Positions 54,517-64,000 of a DNA stretch of 64,000 bases are shown piece by piece. This stretch comes from Octopus bimaculoides. Taxonomy: Eukaryota. The stretch is taken from contig NC_068982.1 in assembly GCF_001194135.2 (NCBI RefSeq), positions 121,562,831 to 121,626,830 on the forward strand, given 5' to 3'. The translations under genes and the position numbers were made by a program. Numbering within the stretch: position 1 is the stretch's first letter; each line of letters starts with the position of its first letter. The notes beneath the pieces were generated by a model. That model was not told the origin of the DNA. It did no database searches and saw only the letters and a program-made list of their open reading frames with translations.

Positions 54517-54616
54517 CAGAGAGAAAGAATTGAAAAGATAGATAGATAAAATGGAGAATGAAATAAAATCTAATAAATAAACAATGGAAATGTGGAAGAA
54601 ATGAGTTCAGATAGAA

Positions 54617-54651
<35 letters not shown>

Positions 54652-55471
54652 GCAGTGAGAGTGATGGAGGGGAGGCACTACTTTAGGAAAACAAAGAAGA
54701 AGAAGAAGAAGAAGAAGAAGAAGAAGAAGAAGAAGAAGAAGAAGAAGAAGAAGAAGAAGAAGAAAACAAGAACATGTTAAAATTTCATTAAGTCAGGTGA
54801 CACCTACATCATGAAAATACACATTTCTCCCCGAAGACTGGGTTTGTTTCTTCCATTCCATTCAGTCGTGTCAATATTTACCAAACTTGTAAATACATCT
54901 TAAACTCTATGTCGCAATCACAAATATACGACTTACACAAGCATAGACACAGATAGCCACACATACAGAGACACGCACACATATATATGTGTGTGTCTGT
55001 GCTTGCGTGCGTATATACATCTGCATATACATATAGAAGCCAGTATATATATATATACTAATTTGTTTAAGTGTACTTATGTTTTCTAAATGTATTTTGA
55101 ATATATATATGTTGTACCATATATATATATATATATATATATAAAGTAACGCAACGTAGTACATATATATANNNNNNNNNNATATATATATACATGCATA
55201 CATGCACAGACATACATTTATACATACATACATACATACATACATACATACATGCATACACATACATACATACATGCATGCATATATTCATACAGACATA
55301 CATATATCCGTACATATATATACAAACTATATTTAATCGTAACGCAATCCGCTAGGCACGTGAAGAGTGTGTCGTTAGAATCCCCTGGTGAAAAATACAC
55401 TTCCTCTGCCCTGGGCCGCCTTATGTGTGCACACACACACAGACACACACACACTGATACACATACAGATA

Positions 55472-55507
<36 letters not shown>

Positions 55508-55633
55508 AGCATTCGCACACACATACACATATATACATATATGTGTACACACATTTACACACATCCATGTGTGTTAGAGTGTTTTCCTTTTCTTGAGTCA
55601 CAATGAATATGTATGTATTTATGTATTTCTCTC

Positions 55634-55664
<31 letters not shown>

Positions 55665-55672
55665 GTCTCTGT

Positions 55673-55704
<32 letters not shown>

Positions 55705-55724
55705 ATATCTCTCTCTCTGTGTCT

Positions 55725-55834
<110 letters not shown>

Positions 55835-55907
55835 TTGTATATGATTGTGTGTGTGTGCGCGCGCGTGCATATGCTTGTTCGTATATGTTTGTGTGCGTAT
55901 ACATACG

Positions 55908-55957
<50 letters not shown>

Positions 55958-56294
55958 CATATACATAACATTCTTAAATTTCTCACGTTGCTTAAAACTT
56001 CAAGATTTAAATAACTCTTTTATAAATCCTTTTAGATTAACTCCGATGAGAGAAATGTAGATGATTGAAATTAACTCACCCATTCCAGCCTATATTTTCT
56101 CGATACGGCCGTCAGACTTTGCACCTGCTGAAGATTCTTCTTAAAATCATTTTATACCAACATTCTCATCTATTTGGATTACCGCTATACATTCACCATG
56201 TGCATATTTTAATATCCTCATTGATTTTAATACGGACATACAACCCCGCAAGTACATTTACGTATTTATATATTCATATATTTATATATTTTTA

Positions 56295-57110
56295 TCTATT
56301 ACATAAAAGTCAATGTCTGTGTGTTCGTGTGTTCGTGTGTTACTCATAGACTCGAAAACTACTGGGCCGATCCTAATGAAATTTGGAACACAAAATTCAA
56401 GGCCAGGGAGAAGGGTAATGCCATATGTTTCATATGATTTTGAGGGAGTTAAAGGGGGCAGAACCCCTCGTGGAAATTCATGTGCTTCGGATTTTGAGGA
56501 AATTTGAACCATAGGTATTAGAAATAAATTTTAAAATATATCCAAAATTTCCATTTTTTGGATGATTCTAANNNNNNNNNNNNNNNNNNNNNNNNNNNNN
56601 NNNNNNNNNNNNNNNNNNNNNNNNNNNNNNNNNNNNNNNNNNNNNNNNNNNNNNNNNNNNNNNNNNNNNNNNNNNNNNNNNNNNNNNNNNNNNNNNNNNN
56701 NNNNNNNNNNNNNNCATTTGACACAAATCAAGAAGTATTCCCAAAGTTTCCGCTTCTCATGAGGATTCTAAGACCCCCTAATGGGGCTTTAACTCCCAAA
56801 TTATAGTCATTTTTATATGATCCAAATGAAGGTCAAATGTACTGAATGGATCTTTATGAAATTTGGGAATTATATTCTATGCATAGGGGCGGATGTAATG
56901 CAGTATATGTTTGAGGGAGCATAAATGAGGCCACAAACCCCTGAAAATTCATGTATTTTTGCTGTTTATGAAATTTTAACCATAGATATTAGACACAAAT
57001 GAAGTAATATTCCTAAAATTCCAACTTCTTAGGAGGTTAGTAAGACCACTTAATGAGGGCTCACCCTAACCCTAACCCCACAATTTAGTCATTTCTCCTA
57101 AGCCAAGACG
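56295..57110 (+). mobile_element. Non-autonomous Helitron-like element with internal tandem subrepeats
   Basis: Starts A|TCTATTACATAAAAG, then a short (GTGTTC)n and AAAACTACTGGGCCGATCCTAATGAAATTTGG, as in Lep1-type Helitrons (recalled). Two related internal blocks flank a gap. 3' hairpin/CTAG end not identified. Confidence 0.55.
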
Positions 57111-57500
57111 AATACAATTGGAAGCTGTAGAGTCATCCGAGGATACAAGATGGGCGTTATTTGTAATTCAATGGTACAACAGTGCAAGAGTTTGCTTTGA
57201 GATATACTTAGACTGTGATTTCTGCAAAGTGTTGCTTAACTGTCAAGTAAAGGAGTGGCATCTTTGCCTCCACTGATTCAGTTGCAAAGTGTTATTTTGA
57301 GTGAAGTTATTTGGTTTCAGACCTTCTTTGAGTATTTTTATTATCACTGGGTCAGAAATAGTCCCCAGATGGTAATATTGATTTCAAGGCCTTTCCAGAT
57401 AAGTGATAGGTCATTCGAAGAGCATCATAGACTGAAAATTTATTCTGTATCGGCATAGTGATCATTGGCAAACTCCAGATGTGACACTTTCATTTCTACT
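57110..57500 (-). mobile_element. Old RTE-like RT remnant
   Basis: LEFANDH.ADTE (LEYADD-like), then GLEINI..; heavily frameshifted. Confidence 0.4.
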
Positions 57501-57929
57501 TAGCCTTCACGTCACACAGTTGTTAGTGTTTATTTGAGTTGGGTCACGCCCTTCCAATTGCTATAGACCCGTAATGCATCTTACAACTGTGCCGATCACC
57601 TACCTGTATGGTAAGGAATCCTACATTGGGGAGTGGTAACAACTAGGGTAGGGTAGCTGACTGCTTATTGTGATCATTCATCTTTTGGTTTCCTCTGGCT
57701 TTGCTCTCTTTTACAAACCCAGTGAACATTCATAGATTTCCGATTTCAAAGAAATTTGAACAATAGATATAAGACACAAGTTAAAAAAGATTCCCAACAA
57801 TTCAACTTCTCTGGTTGCCTTTAAGATCCCCTAATAGATGCCTTAGCTCCCACATTTTAGAGCTCCATGTTCTCCATGTGCTCCATTTTCCAGGAGCAAA
57901 AACCTTTGAATTGATTTATAAGACTTGGA

Positions 57930-58960
57930 TTTTGGAATCTGGGCATAAAGATGAGTAGTATGGGTTCCCCCGTAGTGGTTCTAGAGTCAATACATACAGA
58001 AGCGACAAGAGGAGGCGTCCTCGAAGAACAGAACGTGTGATGTTAAATGGTCTGGATAGGTGACCATTTACGCGAACTACCGAGCAGATGCTGCTGCATA
58101 AGGCAGCGATCCAACCGCGGAAGACGGGACTGAAACCAGCCACTCTAAAGACAGCCTCCAAGTAACGTTGGTCGACCCTATCGAAAGCTTTCGATTGATC
58201 CAAATTGATCAGCGCTCCACCCATGCCAGATCCCTTAACTACCCTTCTATGATGTAGCACATCAGATGGAGGTTGTAATAGATACTTCTGCCCGGCACGG
58301 CGCATGTTTGCGCCTTGTTGACCAGTTTCTCGATGACAAGCGCCAAACTCTCGGCCAGCACCTTGGTCAAAACTCTTCAAATCTGCATTGAGCCTGAAGT
58401 TATCTATGACGTTCCCCTTTCTTGGATCTTTCTTTAGCAGTACTACCGCTGGGGATACTCCCGTTTTGCTGCCAGTTGCAGTAGATTGCTGCCAAAACGC
58501 TTCCAAAGAAGCCTGACACATGACAATAAATCTCGTAGGGCATACTGTCCAAGCCTGGTGACTTGTCTCCTGCGCAGCCTGCTATCGCATCCCGTACGTC
58601 CGCGGCTGTGATGGTCTTTCATAACACTCTGCCTCTACTCTGCAAGTAGGCGCTAAAGTTCACCCTACGTCCTGACCCACCAGTTGTCCCGAATAGTTGG
58701 GTAAAGTGCTGTTGAAAGGCCTTACATATCATTTCGGGTTCGAGTAATTCGAGCCCTTGTTCATCTGTCAGAGACATAATCGTGGCTTTGTTGCCTCGTT
58801 GCGCCTCCGCCACTCGGGCCTACGGGTGACTCCAATTCCTTCGTTTATCAGAGCACGCATTCTAGCTCTGGAAACACATCCTTCGTGTTTGGCGTTGAAG
58901 TGTTGGTCGAGGGCCAACCTCGCCGCCAGCACGTTGGACGCGATGCCATTTCTATGTACC
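57930..58960 (-). mobile_element. L1/Tx1-clade LINE ORF2 (RT) fragment
   Basis: LLKKDPRKGNVIDNFR; GALINLDQSKAFDRVDQRYL; VRVNGHLSRPFNITRSV..G..LS.LLYVLTLEPL. Confidence 0.85.
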
Positions 58961-58963
58961 TCT

Positions 58964-59022
<59 letters not shown>

Positions 59023-59023
59023 G

Positions 59024-59079
<56 letters not shown>

Positions 59080-59629
59080 TAGACGGACAGGCAGACATAA
59101 ATAAGCAGACAGATTGATAGGTATGCATTTATATAAATCAACCTTCAACCCCACCCCCAATATCTGTCATAAACAATTGCACAATTACCATCAACACGAA
59201 AACCAAAACAACCACCGTCATTAACAATTCACCAATCCCTCAAAGACTAACAGCAGTAAAAATAGTATGAACAAGATAAGCATCTCAATCTAAAATATAA
59301 GGCAATTACGAGATAATGATGTACCTTTGTGTATTTTATAAGTTGAATGAAACGTCTTTGACCATTGAGGATTGACTTGGGATTAAACAGCATCAGCAAT
59401 ACAATTGACAATTATAATATGCCCATCACCAATGATACATCCCACCAACACCACTATAACCAATATTAAAGCCAATATAAATAACACAATTATCATTACC
59501 ACCCCACCAACTTCTGAGTAACCAACTAGTAACGACAATAATTGCATATCTGTTGCTATGTATGTTGTAAGTCAACACAACGGAATGTGTGTATGTGTAA
59601 GAATAAGTGAGTGTATGAGTACAGTGTAG

Positions 59630-60230
59630 AATTTTCATGTCTTGAGTTCGATGTCCAAGGGTCGAAGTGCTGTATGTGGCCGAGCATTATCCTGATGGAA
59701 GAACACCTTTCGTCTTGAAACCAAAGATAGTCGTTTTTCTTCTGGCGCTGACTTAAGCCGCTCAAGCTTCTTGCAGTTGATCTCCTTTGTTATCGTTTGG
59801 TTTAGGTTTAAAAGTTCAAAGTGAACTAAACCGTTCATATCGCACCAAACAGATAACAACACTTTACGTGAGTGAAGATCTTCTTTAGCCTGGGGTGCCA
59901 GTGTTTCCCCTTTCCCTACCCACTGTCTTCGGCGCTTGACATTTTTATGGGAACCCATTTCTTGTCATCAGTCACTATTCGGTCCAAAAAAGGTTCATTC
60001 GTGAGACGTGACAGCAAAGAAGAGCACACATTCACTCCCTGCATGTGATTAGAGTCGGAAAGTTTGTGAGGAACCCATTGACCCAATTTGCTGACTTTTC
60101 CGATGGCACGCAAGTGTCGATGAATGGTTGAATAACCAAATCCAAGCTTCTCTGCTAGTTCCTCATCAGTTACAATGGGATTTTGTTCCACCAGGGTTTG
60201 CAGGACGTCCCCGTCGAGCTCTACAGATCT
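59630..60230 (-). mobile_element. Mariner transposase fragment (HTH, WVPH motif, first two catalytic D regions), truncated by a gap
   Basis: VEQNPIVTDEELAEKLG...SKLGQWVPHKL...FLDRIVTDDKKWV; KVLLSVWCD...FHQDNARPH, with one frameshift. Confidence 0.9.
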
Positions 60231-61207
60231 NNNNNNNNNNNNNNNNNNNNNNNNNNNNNNNNNNNNNNNNNNNNNNNNNNNNNNNNNNNNNNNNNNNNNN
60301 NNNNNNNNNNNNNNNNNNNNNNNNNNNNNNNNNNNNNNNNNNNNNNNNNNNNNNNNNNNNNNNNNNNNNNNNNNNNNNNNNNNNNNNNNNNNNNNNNNNN
60401 NNNNNNNNNNNNNNNNNNNNNNNNNNNNNNNNNNNNNNNNNNNNNNNNNNNNNNNNNNNNNNNNNNNNNNNNNNNNNNNNNNNNNNNNNNNNNNNNNNNN
60501 NNNNNNNNNNNNNNNNNNNNNNNNNNNNNNNNNNNNNNNNNNNNNNNNNNNNNNNNNNNNNNNNNNNNNNNNNNNNNNNNNNNNNNNNNNNNNNNNNNNN
60601 NNNNNNNNNNNNNNNNNNNNNNNNNNNNNNNNNNNNNNNNNNNNNNNNNNNNNNNNNNNNNNNNNNNNNNNNNNNNNNNNNNNNNNNNNNNNNNNNNNNN
60701 NNNNNNNNNNNNNNNNNNNNNNNNNNNNNNNNNNNNNNNNNNNNNNNNNNNNNNNNNNNNNNNNNNNNNNNNNNNNNNNNNNNNNNNNNNNNNNNNNNNN
60801 NNNNNNNNNNNNNNNNNNNNNNNNNNNNNNNNNNNNNNNNNNNNNNNNNNNNNNNNNNNNNNNNNNNNNNNNNNNNNNNNNNNNNNNNNNNNNNNNNNNN
60901 NNNNNNNNNNNNNNNNNNNNNNNNNNNNNNNNNNNNNNNNNNNNNNNNNNNNNNNNNNNNNNNNNNNNNNNNNNNNNNNNNNNNNNNNNNNNNNNNNNNN
61001 NNNNNNNNNNNNNNNNNNNNNNNNNNNNNNNNNNNNNNNNNNNNNNNNNNNNNNNNNNNNNNNNNNNNNNNNNNNNNNNNNNNNNNNNNNNNNNNNNNNN
61101 NNNNNNNNNNNNNNNNNNNNNNNNNNNNNNNNNNNNNNNNNNNNNNNNNNNNNNNNNNNNNNNNNNNNNNNNNNNNNNNNNNNNNNNNNNNNNNNNNNNN
61201 NNNNNNN

Positions 61208-61248
<41 letters not shown>

Positions 61249-63598
61249 ATACTTACGTATGTATGTAAACATACACGATCGCACGAAATGGAAGGCTTAA
61301 AACACAGACAATTAAAACATGAAGCACGCACACACACAAATACATGCATGCACACACACACGCACGTACGCACACACACACACTCACGTACACACACACA
61401 CACACACAGACGTAGGCACGTACTCATTTCAACGTTAGTATGCAAATGTATAGTTAGATGTATGTTCGTGAGTGCGTGTTTGCTTGGTTGTATGAATTAT
61501 GTAATGTAGCTACATATATGTAACTACATGTGTGTATGTATATACATATGTATATGCGTATGTATATATGTACATGAATTGATACATATAATCATATTTA
61601 TATATGTATATATGTATGCATATGTACATACATATATTAATAAATATGTATTTTTATATACATATATAATATAAATGTATAGATAGATAGATAGATAGAT
61701 ATACATATATACATATGTACATGTATATGTATATAAACACGCGCGCGCTGACACACACATGCGTGCGCGTGCAACACATAAAATAGAGAAACCTGAAGAG
61801 ATCATTTTATAGAAAATAAAGGTAAAAGAAAGTGCAAATGTAGTAAACAGATAAATGAAGAGACTTTTACATACCTCACACACACACATACACACACATA
61901 TGTATATATGTATGTATGTATGTATGTATGAATGTATGTATGTATGTATATACACATACAGAAAGAACAAGAGAGGGAGAGAAACGGAAGGTGGCAGGAA
62001 AAGAGAGAGGTGGAACACATCATTTTCAGAAATTCACCTCACGTTTGAATGCCATCCTCATTAATACGTCTTTAACAGACATTAATTGAATCAGAAAGAA
62101 AATTGCAGAAATTTATTTTCAAATTTATTATAAGAACAAAATAAAAATACAATTATAGCTTGTAGCAATTTTTGGAACAGTCAATCCAAATTAAGATTGT
62201 AATTTATGCTAGAAAATATGATTATAAAAACAGACGATTTTCTAGATAATTTTGAACAATCTAAAGCGAACCATCAAACACTCTGGCGCTATTAGAAGGC
62301 GCTATAGCTTCCGAGCGTCCATTTTGTATTCACTATATTGTACTGAATTGAAGGAAGACGATCGAGTTTTTATTTCATTGATTTTGTGCATCCAATGCCG
62401 CGCTTTTACAAGAAAATATTCAATGAGATTTCAATATTTGCTAAGAATGGGAAAAAATCAGTAGAAACTTTGTTTCTTTTTTAATATATTTATTTGTTGA
62501 TTATTAATCATTATTATTTTGGTTTTATATTTTTCAATCAAATGATATGGTGCGGTTTAATTATAGACGATAAAAGACAAGAGATGTGATGGAGTCACTA
62601 GATTAATATCCGGGACATTGCTGCCTTTTCAGTCTCCAATTATCGTTACTTTTTTTTGTTCTTTTTTTTTTTTTTTACTTAAATCTATCACTGAGCACGT
62701 GGCAGTTTCGTGTTGAGATTTCTCCCTGAGAAATTTGATTTGCCGACTATCTATAAATTTAAGATGTTTTATGGTACCGCAGATGTTAGAAATATATTTA
62801 TCTTAATCGGTAGACCTATATGCTGTATATATACACTGTAGCATCGTCCTCGATCATTTCATTTTCAGTGATTGAGATCTTTGGAACTTTGAAAAGGTTG
62901 AAAACCCAACATTAATGCTTATGTTTACCTCGGCCATTACACAAGTTTCTAACTCGGCCATTACCAAATCACTTCAGACTTATCTCTCGTCATTTCTTCA
63001 TCCATGTCTTGCAAACTATTCAGGTTTCGCACTAGCCACTATACGTGTCTTCCTCACCGAAAAGGTCAGCGCTCCGGAATTCCTTCAGTGGTACATGTTC
63101 TTCTTGAAGCCATCTACTTACAAATCTTCATGTCCTTCTTTCTCCAGACTCATTCCAATAAAAATGATCACGTAGCTATAAACAACAATAGAATAGAAGG
63201 AGAATTTTATTAATGGTCTAAATGTATTAAGAAAGACACCGCAATCTACGTGTCACCCATTTTTCGAAGTGAAACACAAAGATTGAATTGTCTGAATTGA
63301 GATGCATGATCTTAGAAACGAGGGGCGGAAAACAGTACGATAGAACCGGATAGCGGAGACAAATACTTAGTAACAAAGCTACAGTTCAGTCTTCGAAAGT
63401 CCATGATGAGTTGAGGCCGTTATATTCAATTTCAAGTAAACACCAAGTTTGGTTTTTTTAGCTATATTTCGACTGACGAAAAAAATTGGAGACAGTGTAT
63501 TTGAACGGCTTACCAAGACACTCGCTAAGAGAGGCAGCGGGCAATGAAAAGTAATTACGGAATAACAGCAACTGAAATATAAAATCTACCGAGCATTT

Positions 63599-63957
63599 GT
63601 ACGAGGGGCGGATCGACGGTCTTGAATAGTTTGGAATATAGGTTTTAAGTAAGCGATGGGCTGTCCTAAACGAAGACAGTTTTGGTCCCGTTTTCAGAAG
63701 CTGAAACGATTCCATGTACATTGCCACCCATTTGATCGTCAAAGGAATGGCTGCTCATCGCATTATTCATGTCAAGTCAGTGACCTAGCAGCTGGGCATA
63801 TGGAGTGATTAGTTAGTTCTGACCAGCATCCCGGTCACACTGATTGAGTGCGCTTCATTTCATACTCCTTGTTGGATAGGAACTACAACGAATTCCGAGC
63901 AATTTGTCAGCGTCAATCATTTTGTATCGCAAGAAGTGAATAAAAGCGTCGTTCATT

Positions 63958-63960
<3 letters not shown>
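63599..63960 (+). mobile_element. Possible mariner-type terminal region
   Basis: TACGAGGGG start, typical of some mariner TIRs; ACGAGGGGCGG also occurs near 63319. No transposase recognised. Confidence 0.25.

Positions 63961-64000
<40 letters not shown>

Noticed and set aside
57062-57080. Telomere-like CCCTAACCCTAACCC
   Set aside because: Only about 2.5 units; expected by chance or as part of the host repeat.

Overview
AT-rich, gap-ridden eukaryotic DNA crowded with microsatellites. The repeat content (tRNA-derived SINE families, Penelope-like, R4/Dong, RTE, L1/Tx1 and mariner relics) looks like a coleoid cephalopod, probably Octopus; this is inference, not verified. The only host coding sequence I can support is one minus-strand exon (CDS 10382-10736) encoding the N-terminus of an SLC9B/NHA-type Na+/H+ antiporter. 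Its downstream exons lie in gaps or left of the window. Most long ORF-track entries are artefacts of microsatellites or N-runs. I did not find a convincingly new biological system. The best leads are: (i) a Penelope-like element with ~94%-identical inverted pseudo-LTR arms and a hammerhead-ribozyme-like motif (15271-16495); (ii) a 37-bp palindrome carrying two E-boxes and a full CRE about 2 kb upstream of the SLC9B exon; (iii) a 62-bp near-perfect palindrome beside an acidic, stop-interrupted reading frame (37173-37576); (iv) a dimeric SINE inside one target-site duplication that forms a ~170-bp inverted pair with its neighbour; (v) a diverged ~50-bp minisatellite. Family names come from recalled motifs rather than database searches. 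Boundaries without TSDs are approximate.
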